From positions 11,286,820 to 11,335,620 of the forward strand of contig NC_083409.1 of assembly GCF_020745735.1 (NCBI RefSeq): a DNA stretch of 48,801 nt, given 5' to 3'. The notes under the pieces are model-generated. The model was given only the letters and a program-made list of their open reading frames with translations, was not told the origin of the DNA and ran no database searches. This document shows, piece after piece, positions 35,064 through 48,395 of this stretch (position 1 is its first letter; each line of letters begins with the position of its first letter). The position numbers and the translations under genes are program-made. The stretch comes from Hemiscyllium ocellatum. Taxonomy: Eukaryota.

Positions 35064-35235
35064 ATGGAAGGTATCTGGAGGATTCTGTAGCCAGTGCTAC
35101 ATCTGTCAAGTCCAGTAGTCGCAGCAAATCACGGAAGGTCAACACCTCCCGTAGTCCCTTGCGATCTACCACCCTGGAAAGTAATATTATGAAGAGCAGT
35201 CGAGATGAATTCAGAGATCCATTAACTGTATATAG
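35064..35235 (+). CDS. CEP350: CEP350 exon DGRYLEDS...SRSPLRSTTLESN...EFRDPLTVY (phase 1 to 2)
   Basis: Matches recalled DGRYLDDS / SRSPLRATTLESN / EFREPL; canonical splice sites. Confidence 0.92.
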
Positions 35236-36222
35236 GTATGACCAGACGTATGTACCTTCTGTCGGTCACTTTCTGTTATCAATTCCTGAAGTTCTGCATA
35301 TATTAGAAACAACCAATACCTACTTGACAGCTTATAGTTGCACTCTTCTGACACTCAAATCACAACAGAGTCAACAGTGGCAGGATAGATACATAGAGGA
35401 TCCCAGGCTTCAGAATGCTTGTTCTTTCACACGTAATCTCATCCGAGGGTGTAATTTTAAAGATCTTGCACGCAAACATTTTCTGTGCTTATGACTTTTT
35501 ACAGTGTGTTCCAACTTGTGTACAAATTGACTTGCAGATGCACTCTAGAACAGAAACCATTTGTAAACTGGGGTCTGCCAGTAACCTGAAACATGGGCAC
35601 AATTTCAAATATGGAATAATAATAATAAAACGTGGTTACAAGAATCCTTTGCCGTGTAGCCCACCTTAGTTGATTCTATTTGGTTTTTATTCAATGCTCA
35701 CTGCTCTGTGAAACCAACTATTAATGGAGATACGTTAGTGAAGCTCAGTCTTGTGCAGTATTTAGATCATCATCAGTTCATCAGAGCCATTAAGCTTTTA
35801 TAAATTGGGACTGGAGTACAAAAATGAATGATGTTAAACCATCACAAATCACTGGTTAAGCTACAGTTAGAATGTTGTCCCCAGTATTGGGAACCCTAAT
35901 TCAGGAAGGACTTCAAGGCTGTGCACAGGAACCAGAAAGTGTTAACTTGACATTCGCTGATTATAGTAATCAAGAGAGATTCGATAAGTTGCTGATCATT
36001 CTGATTGAATAGTGGTTCAGAGGAGACCTCAAACCTGGTCAGGATGTTGGAAGAACTGCTTCTCCTGGTGGAAGAGACAGTAAGTAGATGGAAAATACAA
36101 AGTAAAGTTATGGAAGTCACCAAATTAATAAAGTTACAGTTTCATTTCAAGGGGAGGCGATGGCCGAGTGGTATTAGTGCCACGTAAATAATCCAGATAC
36201 TCAGTACATTTTAGTAAGCCTA

Positions 36223-36418
36223 CACTGGATAGGTCAGGCAGCATCAAAGGAGCAGGAGAATTGACATTTCCAGCATTAGCCCTTCTTCAGATTTATCCCC
36301 GAAACGTCAATTCTCCTGCTCCTTTGATGCTGCCTGACCTGCTGTGCTTTTCCAGCAACACATTTTGCAGCTCTGATCTCCAGCATCTGCAGTCCTCACT
36401 TTCTCCTGCACTGGATAG
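36223..36418 (+). mobile_element. Short Penelope pLTR-derived insertion with fold-back 5' end and 10-bp TSD
   Basis: TSD cactggatag at 36223-36232 and 36409-36418; 40-bp arms 36231-36270 / 36301-36340 with one mismatch; decayed hammerhead core on the minus strand at 36263-36290. Confidence 0.85.
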
Positions 36419-37168
36419 TCCAACATATGTTGAGCTGGGGTGAATTCTCCTTGCTGCTCATAGAAATTGGGTTCTTGGCATTTTTGGACTTCATCAAGGG
36501 GAAATTGTCATCAGTGAGCGTTTGCTTTATGTGGTGTATGTGATATTGGAAATCTTTAGCTCTTGTATAATTGTGTGCTGTCTGTTGATGTGCATGTGAT
36601 GTCGTTGTCCTTTATTTTTCCTCTGGCATCCCAGAGAGCTACCAGCCATACGGTGGCTAGTGTGATGGTAGTCACTGATGAATCCTCTTGATGACTCAAA
36701 TGGACTGGTAAACCCAAAGGACCTTTTAGGCCTTGGCGAGTATGTTGCGAAGCTGTTGTCTGGGTTGTCAGGTTTGGCAGGTTCATCAGCCTTTAGGCTG
36801 CTGTGTCCAGTCAGTACATTGTTGTTTAAATTTAAGAGTGGGAATGGTATTGTAGAAGATTGACTTTTGGGAATAGTAGAGGGAACATGGGCCCATCCAG
36901 TAAGGATGGCTGTTTATCCTCATGAAGGGCTTGTGCCGGAATCATGGAGTGTCCTCTTTGGATGCTGCCTGACATGCTGTGCTTTTCCAGTGCCACACTT
37001 TTTGACTCTGTTTATCCCTAATGCCAACTAAATCCTACAGATTGTTTAAAGCAGAGCTTCAGCAAACAGATACTTGATGGCATGAAATCTGCAGTGTTAA
37101 ATGGTTTAAGTGATGTCTCATTTTGGCAGTTGTCAACATTTGTGATTGTGTAAATTTTGTGCTTTCAG

Positions 37169-37377
37169 TGCTCACGGGAAGTCATCAAAGAAAAGCACAA
37201 GCTCTTCATTGTTCCATTCCACTGTGAGTTCCATGTCTCAGAGCCCTTTTCAGAATGACGCAGTGATAACATCCAGAGAGGGGACAAGGCAGCTGCGTGC
37301 TACTACCTCCACACCTTCACCTTCCCTAGTCGACATCAGTGTTACTGCAGCCAGGCCCTCCACATCCTCTGCTGCAG
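37169..37377 (+). CDS. CEP350: CEP350 Ser/Thr-rich central exon (phase 2 to 1)
   Basis: Open frame between tttcag and G|gttgga; position and phases fit the exon preceding the YLDAVEES exon; sequence similarity is low-complexity. Confidence 0.7.
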
Positions 37378-38277
37378 GTTGGAACTCTCGGAATCATGTT
37401 TTCTGTAACTATCATTTGTTTGGCCTAACCGGCCCCATTGGAGTAGTTTTTAAAAAAAATAAAACCCTGAGTAAGTAGACAACCAAGGTGAAGTGACAGG
37501 CATCGGGATGATTGGAAGAAATGGTGAGGTGCCACGTGACGTGGAAGCAGGTGCTTTTCCATTCAAGTGGTCGGATCCTGTCTGAGGAACATTAAGCAGA
37601 AGTAGGCTATTCAGCCTGTTGAGCCAGCCCCTGTCATTCAGTACAATCATGGCTGATCAGTGCTTCAGTATCGTTTTAGCCACCCTGTTCCCATCACCCT
37701 GTACACTATTGGAAATCAAATCCGTCAATTTTTACATAAAACATAATTGATGACTATGCTTTCACAACTCTCTGTGGCAGTGAACTCCAAAAGATTCATG
37801 ACCCTGAAGTAACAACAGAATTATCATCAGCTCAGACTTATGACATGGTCTCACTTATAAGTTGTCCCGCCAGTCCTAGACTCCCCAACGGGGGAAACGT
37901 TACCTACATCTACCCTTTAAGTATTTTGTAGATTTCAATGAAATCAATTCAAAATGCTGGAGAATGCAGGTCCAGTTTTCCCAATCTCTCTCCATGAGAA
38001 TGTCCTAGAAACAAGTCTGATGAACCTTTGTTGCATTCCTGATCATTCACCAGGACCCAAATACAATGATTGGGTTTGGATTTTCTGCACGCTTTGCTAT
38101 TTGTTTTATCCTGTGAATCTCATGAAAATTTCAATGTCTTGTCCCTTGTCGTTTTTTTACGCAGTTCCCGAACTTGTTTTGAATCCTGGAGAGGTGTGCA
38201 GTTAACCCTATGATCCCAATGCATTATTGAACGAATTGTAAAAGTTGGAATTACACTTTTCACTTTGGTTATTGCAG

Positions 38278-38441
38278 CCTCGATGCTCAGCTCCCCACCA
38301 AGTATCCAACACCACATGACTGCTCAACACACTTACTTGGATGCTGTGGAAGAGTCCATCCATCAGCTATCGGAGATAGACATGACCCGGGGAATAGCCT
38401 TTGCTCAACAAGAGACTGTGTCGTTGGCTCAGATCCTAAAG
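38278..38441 (+). CDS. CEP350: CEP350 exon ...HHMTAQHTYLDAVEESIHQLSEIDMTRGIAFAQQETVSLAQILK (phase 1 to 0)
   Basis: Matches recalled YLNAIEESVRQLSDVERVRGISLAQQESVSLAQIIK. Confidence 0.92.
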
Positions 38442-38983
38442 GTACAGGTCTATGCCTTGTGCTCTTTCAGAAATGCTTTTGTGAAATTGTCTTAAGTGAT
38501 AATGGCTGCGCTCGTTTTCCAAACCAAGCAACATTCTGAGCAACGTTCTTCAGTTAAATCAGGCAAAACGAAGATTATTCCAAAACTAGAGATTAAATTT
38601 ACTTACCCTTGGGTTGTGATTTAGGACAATGCCTAATCTTAAATGTGCAGATATTAGCATCGAACCTGTGCATGACTGCACTTTACAAGTTGACTGATAG
38701 AAGCAGGGCAAACTTGCCAAGTTTTCAAGAAATTTCAGCTTTCTAAAATTTGAGCCATTATGATGAGATTTGTGAGAAAATGTTTTTTTATTTATAAAGT
38801 TGCAATATTAAAATTAATTGATTAAAATCTTGTCATTTGTTACTCTTAAGATTTTGATGCCTTTGCATTTCAATTGTTACTCTCTCTCTCTCTGGACACT
38901 GCAAATTTAAATACCAGTTTTTCACAGAGCAGAGCAGTGGAATGTAGGGAGATGCTTCTTATTTAATCTTTGTTTGTGTCCAG

Positions 38984-39094
38984 GCCCAACAGCTGAGACA
39001 TGAGCACGACATAGCCCTGCTGAAACTGAAGGCCGAGCAGGAAGCTGCTGCAAGTCAGAGGCAGCTAGAGGAGGCCAGACAGAAAGCTGTACAG
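38984..39094 (+). CDS. CEP350: CEP350 exon AQQLRHEHDIALLKLKAEQEAAASQRQLEEARQKAVQ
   Basis: Matches recalled RHERDLALLKLKAEQEALESQRQLEETRNKAAQ; 111 nt, phase 0 to 0. Confidence 0.93.
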
Positions 39095-41938
39095 GTACTT
39101 GAACATGTAACAGGTGTCTGGAAATGCAAACAATTCAGTGTTGACTGCTTCTCACCGTGCAATAAGAATAAACAAATTATAATTATAAAGTGCCTTTAAC
39201 ATTGAAGGCAAACCTCTCCCCACCCCTGCCCTGTTCTGTTCCACCGGTAAACTGCCCCACTCAACAAAAGCACATTATGAAGATGTCATCATGAAAATCA
39301 ATGACAGGCCCAGACCATGGGGACAGTAGAAGGCACAGTTTTAGAAGCAAAAACATAGTTTGCTGGTGACACTCAGCAGCATCTGTGAGAAAAAAGAAGA
39401 GTTAACATTTCAGAGATTCTTTAGAAAACCTGGACAGATTGTAAGACCTTAAGGAGTGAATTCTAAAGACTGAGACACACAACTTGATGGAGTGGGATTG
39501 AACAAGATGACATCAGGAATGTAGATGATGAGGGAGGTTATAGGGCTGGAGCAGGTTACAGGAATGGGACAAAGGGAGGTCATGCTGACTTTGATTTGGG
39601 TGAGTAAGTTTGGAAGGTTGCAGGTTCCTGTGTTTTTACCTCTTGGAATTCTGTATCTTAAGAGTCAGAAAGCTTAATCAATATAATCCTTGCTATTGTT
39701 CTTAGTTACTTGCGCAAGCTTGCTCCTGTGTTTTAATGCCTGAATGACAAGTCGTGAATTTGCATTCTGTAATTCTGGTGATCTTGAGGTGGGCCATAAA
39801 GGCCGGCTTGCTGGCATAGCCCTCAACCCAAGAACAATTCAAAAAAAGGCTGCAGTCTATTTTAGTGTCTGATTGACAGTGGCTCCTTCAACTATTGACC
39901 ATCCAGGCACTGACATTTGTTTACTGAACCTGAATGTGTCTCTGCCTTTCTTCAAGAAGCTCCTTAAAAACTATGTTTTATCTGAGCACTTCTTATGTGG
40001 TTACTTGCCATATTCTGTAATCATGTTCCTGTCAACGTCCATGGGATGTTATAGTATAAAGGTGTGATACAAATGTCAGTTTATCTCATTGTGAATGCAG
40101 CTGCCTCTGAATGAAAACATTTTTGTTTCAAGCCCCATGCTTCGACTTGAATGGAAGCCGACCATACGCACTCAATCTAGAGCAGGACTGCTGCATTCTT
40201 AGAGATGACACGTTTCAGGCAAGACGTTAAAGCAAGTTCCCATCTTCTATTCCAGTGGATAGAGAAGATCCGTTTTAATACTTGAAGAAGTCTAAGGGGG
40301 TTCTCCTGTTATCCTGCTCAATATGAATTCCTCACTATTGTAGATGCTGCCTTTTTAGGAGCTTGTCAAAAGGCCCTTCTTGGAGAGCGTGACTATATTT
40401 TGAAAGAACTCCATTGGCTGAGAAGGACTTTGCAATGACCTGAAGATGTCAATGACACCGTGAAAACTTTAGCTTCTTTAAACGGCAGTTTTTGCTTCAG
40501 ATTGTCCCCATCTGAGGAACACAGCGCAGAACTGCCTCTGATGCCATATTTGCGATTTGTTTGGTAGAACCCACACAGAGAGAGTAGAACCATGAAAATA
40601 AGGAGTATCCACTTGACCAATAAAGATCATGGCAATAAAAATAGACTGCAGCTTTTTTTGAATTGTTCTTCAGTTGAGGACTATGCTAGCAAGCAATGGC
40701 CGACCGAGAGATCACCAGAATTGTGGAATGCATATTCACAACTTGTCATTGGGATATAGGAACAAGAGTAGAACAATCAGCCTCTTAATTCTCTTATGCA
40801 ACTGAGTTTAAATTTGTTTATGGCGAAAAGCCCTTTCGCTTTTCAACAGCCTTATCCCTCAAAACACATGCAAAATAAAAGTATCATCTCATCATAGCAA
40901 TTTGCTGGAAAAAAAGCATTTAAAATAATAAAGTATCTCAAAATATTTCAAAAAAGCATCAAATGGAAAAGTTTATGCTAAGTCATGCAAGATATTCAAA
41001 ATTTTGGTGAAGTTGGCTTTTAAGGAGTGTTTAAAGGAGGAAATGGAGCTGAGAGATGAACAGGTCTAGGAAAGCATTATGATGGAATACTCCCCACTTA
41101 CCTGGAGGAGTGCAATTCTGGTGACACTCAGGAAGCTCAACATCATCCATTACAAAACATCAGCATGATTTGAATCATGTCCACCACCTTAAGTGCCTAT
41201 TCCCTCTGTCATCAGTATACTGTACAACAAGGTGCACCATCTATAAGACGCTCTGCAATACCTCATTGAAGGCTCCTTTGACAGACCTAGACTCATGACC
41301 TATTCTGTCTGGAAGAACAGGGCGGTAAATGCCTGGGAATGCCGCATATAATTATGACTTTAAAATATATTGCTCTTCCTTTGCTGCCTACAATGGTCTG
41401 ACATACATTGGGAGTACCTTGCAGCCACATGGGTTGCCGTGGTTTAAGAAGATCACTAACTTTCACCTTTTAATGCCAGTTGTGGTTGGACAGTCAGTGT
41501 CAGGGATTTCTACATCCTGAGAATGAATTAAATAATTAATTCTTGATTTTTCGGTTCTGAATGATCTGGTTTTTAGTTTTAAGGTTGAATACATCTCCCC
41601 ATCATGGAAACAATCTCGCAATACCATGACCAGGTTAAATAAAAAAAAACCAAAGAACTGCAAATACTGGAAATCAAAAAAACAAAATCACACGATGACT
41701 AGGTTACTGTGCTTATATGTGACATTAGAGGAGAGGGAAAGGCTTTAAAGCTTGATTGTAAAACAGAAGCCGTGTCAGTGAGCTTATGTTGCATGATGAA
41801 ACATGATGCAAGTTGAATGCAGTGTGCTTACTGGATCATAAGTCAATTTCACATTGCATTTTAATAGTGCTCTGTCTTTTTTTTAAAGTATCTGAATTAT
41901 CAATTGCTGGACATGAAAACCTCTCTTTGTGTTCTCAG

Positions 41939-42070
41939 GCATGTGCAGAAAGTCTGCAGCAGTTTGTACAGGTTCGCCAAGAGATGCTGCAAGAGTCTAC
42001 AACTAAAATGATCACTCAGCAGGTGAAACTTGCAAGGCTGATGGCTGATACAGCACGTCAGGTTACAGAG
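41939..42070 (+). CDS. CEP350: CEP350 exon ACAESLQQFVQVRQEMLQESTTKMITQQVKLARLMADTARQVTE
   Basis: Matches recalled HAESLQQVVQ...ARLTTDAARQICE; 132 nt, phase 0 to 0. Confidence 0.9.
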
Positions 42071-42794
42071 GTACTTTCTTCTAGTGTACTTGGCAAGGTG
42101 GCCCTTTCCCCCAGTCATGCTGAAGAGCCAGTACTTTCTGGAGTTTTGAAGGAATTTCTCTCATACAATTGCTGCATTGAGTTAATTGTCACTGCAGTTT
42201 GAAATTATTTCATTCCTCGAATGTAGTAAACTGTCAAGGAAGAGCAGGGCAAAGCTTAACAGCATACCATATGATATTAAGAAAGATGACCAACTGCTTG
42301 GTCAAAGAAATAGGTGAGATAGAATGTTGGAAAGGAAGAAAATGTTACTATTTGAACTGCGTTAGGACAGAATTGCATAGCTGATGACTATGCAGCTGAA
42401 AGCTTCAGTGCTGAGCTGGGGTGGATGAGCTCTGTAGTAGGTTTCCTTTATTCATGGAGGGAATTGCCTTTGTATTCATGACTGCATAGCTGTGATTGAT
42501 TGATAAATGCCATCGGAATCAATACATAAACACCCCATTTTCGCTCCTTTTCACAACGTCTGAGATCTTTTAACACATTGTATCATGCTCCCCTTTGGAG
42601 AAAAGAAAGCATGAAATGGAGCCTCAAGGAATCAGAGCAGGAGTAGGGATTCGTTCCCTTGAGCTTGCTCCCCCATTCTATCAGATCATGGCTGGGCCAA
42701 ACCAGGCCTCAACTTATCTTTTCTGCTTGATCCTCATAGCCCTCAACTGCTTAATATTTCAAAAATCTATCTACCCTCTTTTAAAGTAATTTGA

Positions 42795-42900
42795 TATAGA
42801 ATCATAGAATCCCCACTGTGTGGAAACAGGCCCTTCGGCTGAGCAAGTCCACACCCACCTTCCGAAGAGTAACCCACCAAACCCATTCCCCTACCCCATT
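42795..42900 (-). mobile_element. HE1/HER1-type 3' tail fragment
   Basis: atagaatcatagaatccccactgtgtggaaacaggcccttcgg, the same tail family as 26354 and ~45150. Confidence 0.7.
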
Positions 42901-43019
42901 TAGCTGTCACAATTTTTTGGGCGAGAGAATTCCAGCCATTCACTGAGAGAGAAAAAAAAATCTTTATTTTTTTTAAAATTGAATGTTCCCTTCTGTAATG
43001 TCCCCTGGGTTGAGACTTC

Positions 43020-44340
43020 ACTGGTACTCGAACATCTAGTCAACATCAACCCCTGTCAAGCTCCTCAGAACATTGTTTCCATAAGATCACCCGTTATTTG
43101 TCCAGACTCTATTGAATAATGACCTAACCTATTCTTGACAGACCAACCTTTTCATCCTTGAAGCAACTAAATGAATCTTTTTTTGAGTGGCCTCCAATGC
43201 TAGTTTATCCTTTCTTAAATATGAGAGCAAACATTGTATACAGTACTCCAAGTGAGGTCTCAGCAACAGCCATTGTGGTTAACCAATCCTCAGTCCATGC
43301 TAATACATGACCCCCGATGCCGTGAGCTCCTATCTTGTGCAGTTAACTTTTATATAGCACCTTATCAAATGCATTTTTAAAATACAAATACAGAACATCA
43401 TCAGATTCTCCTTTATCAGCCCTACTTCTTATCTCCTTAATGAACTCTAGCAAATATGTCAAATATAGTTCCCTTTCACAAAATCCAGTCTACCATGTTT
43501 AATGATAAGCTTTTCCAAATGTCCTGCTATTTCTTCCTTTAATAATCAACTCTGCTGTTCTGCCAAAACAGATATTAAACTAACTTTCCTGATTTCTGTC
43601 TCCCTCCCTTCTTGAACAGGCGCATCAATCCACTGGAAGCTCCCTGTATCCACTGATTCGGGAATAATTCAATTGATGCCTTGAATATCTCTGCAGCCAG
43701 TTTCCTCCAAAAATGTTTGATACAGGCCATTAGGTCCTGTCTGCCTTTAATCCTATTAGTTTGTCATTACTTTGTCCCTTGTGACAAAGACTGTTGTAGC
43801 ATTTTTCCTCCCACAAATACCTTGCCTTTTGCTATCTTTGGGATGATAACGGTATTCTCCTCCATGAAGACCAATGTAAAATATTGATTTAAATTATCTG
43901 CTGTTTTCCCTGTACACATTATCAATTCCCGAATCAGAATCTCCAAGGGTTTGATGCTCACTTTAGCTACTCACTTTTTACATACCTGTAGAAACTTTTG
44001 CCATTCGTTTTTGTATCTTGTCAATTTAATTTCATGATCATTTTTTTTCCTTTTTCATCCTCTGCTGCCGTGTCGTTCTTTTCCTTGTGGGTACTGTCCT
44101 TGACTGCCTTTGTTACCCACGGGTGGTTCACCTTTCTCTTAGAGTTCTCCTTTCTGCCTCAAATAAAATTTTGCTCAGCGTTATGAAAAAAGCCCATCAT
44201 ATCCCAGTGACGGAGCATGTGAATTTTTTAACACTGGATGCTTCAATTTTAATGATGTTCTCATTGGTTTTTGCTGTTTCACAGAAGAGCTGGGAGCATC
44301 TGGAAAGGAGGTGGCAGCTGATTCAGGATTAGTTCCAGAA
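43020..44340 (-). mobile_element. Decayed CR1 LINE
   Basis: ADNLNQYFTLVF-like ORF2 motif (43767-43961) and CR1 RT-region remnants. Confidence 0.6.
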
Positions 44341-44522
44341 TTAATTTGAATACTTGCAAAAATAAATTCCTTGCAACATTGTGAGAGCAGGGGTCTAGCC
44401 AAATAGCTATTCCAAAGAGGCGGCACACATGCGATGGGTTGAGTAGGGGCCTCTGATTTCAAAAGCAAGATGTGATCCAAGTTGTCTTCTAACCTGTGCT
44501 GTGCTAATTCTTGCTGGTTTAG

Positions 44523-44683
44523 ATGACTGAGTTGGCATGTGCGCAGGTTGCAGCAGGATCTCTGACTGCCACAAACCCACCTCATGGAACAGCTCCTGTG
44601 CCAGTGACAGTGCTGCTGGACCAACAGAGGCAGCAACATTCAGACTTCATGAACCAACTTCGAACCAGAACTGAACCTGACAG
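44523..44683 (+). CDS. CEP350: CEP350 exon MTELACAQ...LLDQQRQQHSDFMNQLRTRTEPDR (phase 0 to 2)
   Basis: Matches recalled MAEL...DHQRQHLPDFVKQLRTRTETDR; ttag / AG|gtaag boundaries. Confidence 0.9.
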
Positions 44684-44844
44684 GTAAGATTTTTACACTG
44701 CCCCAAACCTGATCAATAATATTCAGCTTCTTGGCTTAATAACCTAAGGCTTGTTGCTTGATGCGATGCACAGTTTTTGATGTTTTCGCTATTATCTGTG
44801 ATCAGGAGAGGCAGGATCAATGCACTCAGTCTTTTAGGAAAAAG

Positions 44845-45195
44845 GAGGTGGCTCAGTGTTTAACACTGCTGCCTCACAGCGCCATGCACCCAGGTGACTC
44901 CAGCCTCAGATGACTGTCCGTGTGGAGTTTGCACATTCTCCCGTGTCTGCATGGGTTTCCTCTGAGTGCTCTGGTTTTCTCCCACCATCCAAAGATGTGC
45001 AGGTGAGGTGAATTGGCCGTGTTAAATTGCCCATAGTGTTCAGGGATGTGCAGGTTTGGTGCATTAGTCAGGGGTAAATGTTGAGTAATAGTGTTAAGGG
45101 ATAGGTTTGGTTGGGATACTCTTCAGAGGGTTGATGTGGATTTGTTGGGCCGAAGGGCCTGTTTTCCACACTGTAGGAATTCTATTCTATTCTAT
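44845..45195 (+). mobile_element. HE1-type V-SINE
   Basis: tRNA-like head, V-core gtgtggagtttgcacattctcccgtgtctgc, tail ending in (attct)n. Confidence 0.85.
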
Positions 45196-45461
45196 GATCA
45201 GAGTAATTTTGGGGGTCTGACAGAATCCTGGTATTCAGAAGGCACTCTGTTAGTTAAAATAGTATTGTGCACTCTTACCTTCTGCAGCAATTTGAGGTAG
45301 ACTGCTCTGTACAGTTTCTTCAAACATTTTGTTCTTGAACCAGTCAGGGACTTGGTAATATGATTGATTAATGAGTTCAAAATTAAAGACCCTTTGGTAA
45401 GATTCAATGCAGCACAATAGAATTTAGCTTTAGGCGAAGGAATTTGGTTCTTGAACTAGTA

Positions 45462-48395
45462 TAGAACATAGAAAAATACAGGCCCTTCGGCCCTCGATGT
45501 TGCGCCGACCAAAGTCTACCTAACCTACACTAGCCTAATAACCTCCATATGCTTATCCAATGCCCGCTTAAATGACCATAAAGAGGGGAGAGTTCACCAC
45601 TGCTACTGGCAGGGCATTCCATGAACTCACTACCTGCTGCGTAAAGAATCTACCCCTAACATCTGTCCTATACCTACCACCCCTTAATTTAAAACTGTGT
45701 CCACTAGTAACAGCTAACTCCATTAACAGAAAAAGGTTCTCAGTGTCTACCCTATCTAAACCCCCTAATCATCTTGTACACCTCGATCAAATCTCCCCTA
45801 AACCTTCTTTTCTCCGATGAGAACAGCCCCAAGTGCCTCAGCCTTTCCTCATACGATCTTCCTACCATGCCAGGCAACATCCTGGTAAACCTCCTCTGCA
45901 CTCGTTCCAATGCCTCCACATCCTTCCTATAGTATGGTGACTAAAACTGCACACAATACTCCAGATGAGGCCGCACCAGAGTCTTATACAACTGCAACAT
46001 GACCTCAGCACTCTGGAACTCAATTATCTACCAATAAAGCCCAGTACACCATATGCCTTCTTCACAGCTCTATTTACCTGGGTGGCAACTTTCAGAGATC
46101 TGTGTACATGGACACCAAGATCCCTCTGCTCATCACACTACCAAGTAGCCTACCATTAGCCCAGTAATCCATCTTCTTGTTACTCCTACCAAAGTGAATG
46201 ACTTCACACTTAGCTACATTGAACTCCATTTGCCACCTTTCTGCCCAGCTCTGCAACTCATCTATATCCCGCTGTAACCTGCCACATCCTTCTTCGCTGT
46301 CCACAACTCCACCGACTTTCGTGTCATCGCAAACTTGCTCACCCAGCTTTCAAGCCCTCCTCTAGATCATTTATAAAGATGACAAACAGCAATGGTCCCA
46401 AAACAGATCCTTGTGGAACACCGCTAGTAACTGCACTCCAAGATGAACCTATTCCATCAACTACTACCCTCTGTCTCCTTCCAGCCAGCCAATTCCTAAT
46501 CCAACCTCTAATGCACCCTCAATGCCATACCTTCGTAGTTTTTGCATTAGCCTACCATGTGGTACTTTATCGAACGCCTTGCTAAAATCCATATACACCA
46601 CATCTACAGCTTTACCCTCATCCACCTCCTTAGTCACCTTCTCAAAGAACTCAATAAGGTTTGTGAGGCACGACCTGCCCTTCACAAAACCATGCTGACT
46701 ATCCTTGATCACATTATTCCTATCCAGTTGTTCATAAATCCTATCCCTTACAATTCTCTCTAAGACTTTGCCACAACAGAAGTGAGACTCACTGGCCTAT
46801 AGTTACTCGGGCTATCCCTACTCCCCTTCTTGAACAAGGGGACCACATTCGCTATCCTCCAGTCTTCTGGCACTATTCCCGTAGACAATGACGACATAAA
46901 AATCAAGGCCAATGGCTCTGCTATCTCCTCCCTAGCTTCCCAGAGGATCCTAGGATAAATGCCATCAGGCCCAGGGGACTTCTCTATTTTCATCCTTTCC
47001 AGTATTCCCCAGACCTCTTCCCTACATACCTCAAGGCCATCCATTCTAATCGCTTGTGACTCAATATTCACATCAGCAATAGTGTCCTGTTCCTGAGTGA
47101 ATACTGACGAAAAGTATTGATTTAGTGTCTCTCCAACCTCCTCCGCCTCCACGCACAACTTCCACTACTATCCTTGACTGAACCGATACCTACCCTAGTC
47201 ATCCTTTTATTCCTGACATACCTATAGAAAGCCTTTGGGTTTTCCCTAATCCTACCAACTAAGGACTTTTCATGTCCCCTTCTCGCTGCTCTTAGCTCTC
47301 TCTTTAGATCCTTCCTGGCTACCTTATAACTCTCAATCGCCCCAACTGAACATTCACACCTCATCTTTACATAGGCCGCCCTCTTCCCTTTCACAAGGGA
47401 TTCCAATTCCTTATTAAACCACGGCTCCCTCACAAGACCTTTACTCCCTGCCTGACTGGTACATACTTATCAAGGACACCCAATAGCTGTTCCTTGAACA
47501 ATCTCCACATATCATTTGTGTTCTTCCCTTGAAGCCTATTTTTCCAATCCACGCATCCTAAGTCATGCCTCACCACATCATAATTTCCCTGCCCCCAGCT
47601 ATAACTCTTGCCCTGCAGTGCACACTTATCCCTCTCCATCACTAAAGTAAAAGTCACCGAGTTGTGGTCACTGTCCCCGAAGTGTTCACCTACCTCCAGT
47701 CTAACACCTGGCCTGGTTCATTACCTAGAACCAAATCCAGTATAGCTTCACCTCTTGTTGGCCTGTCTACATATTGTGTCAGGAAACCCTCCTGCACATA
47801 TTGGACAAACACCGACCCATCTAACGAACTCGAGCTATAGCTTTCCCAGTCAATATCTGGGAAGTTAAAGTCCCCCATAACAACCACCCTGCTACTTTCA
47901 CTCTTCTCCTGAATCATCCTCGCAATACTTTCCTCTACTTCTCTCAGACTATTGGGAGGCCTGTAGAAAACTCCTAACAGGGTGACCTCACCTTTCCTAT
48001 TTCTAACCTCAGCCCAAACTACCTCACATGGCAAGTCTTCCTCCATCGTCCTTTCCACCCCTGTAATACTATCCTTGACAAGCAATGCCACACTACCCCC
48101 TCTTTTACCCCCATCTCTGACCCTGCTAAAACATTTAAACCCTGGAACCTGCAACAGCCATTCCTGCCCCTGTTCTACCCACGTCTCTGTAATGGCCACA
48201 ACATCGAAGTCCCAGGTACCAACCCACGCTGCAAGTTCACCTACCTTATTTCTTATACTTCTGGCATTGAAGTATACACACTTCAAGCCACCTTTCTGTT
48301 TACAGGCACCTCCTTCGAGATCGATGCCTTGTTCCTAACCTCCTACACTCAAGGTCCTGCACCATAAAGCTACAGTCCAGGTTCCCATGCCCCTG
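45462..48395 (-). mobile_element. CR1/HER1-like LINE, ORF2 (APE endonuclease + RT), frameshifted
   Basis: EN: YFNARSIRNK, ITETW, GVFYRPPN, VMGDFNFP, LDLVLGN; RT: NYRPVSLTS, QHGFVKGRSCLTNL, DFSKAFDKV; catalytic FADD frameshifted (tttgcgatgacac ~46325); tagaacatag tail. Confidence 0.93.

Larger units (their letters stand above)
31610..44683 (+). other. CEP350: Internally deleted CEP350 gene copy (mini-gene or pseudogene), continuing past 44683
   Basis: Nine GT-AG-bounded exons whose translations match recalled vertebrate CEP350 N-terminal and central segments; the large intervening coding block is absent. Confidence 0.88.

Noticed and set aside
44181-44639. 152-aa minus-strand ORF
   Set aside because: It is the antisense shadow of a CEP350 exon plus CR1 sequence.
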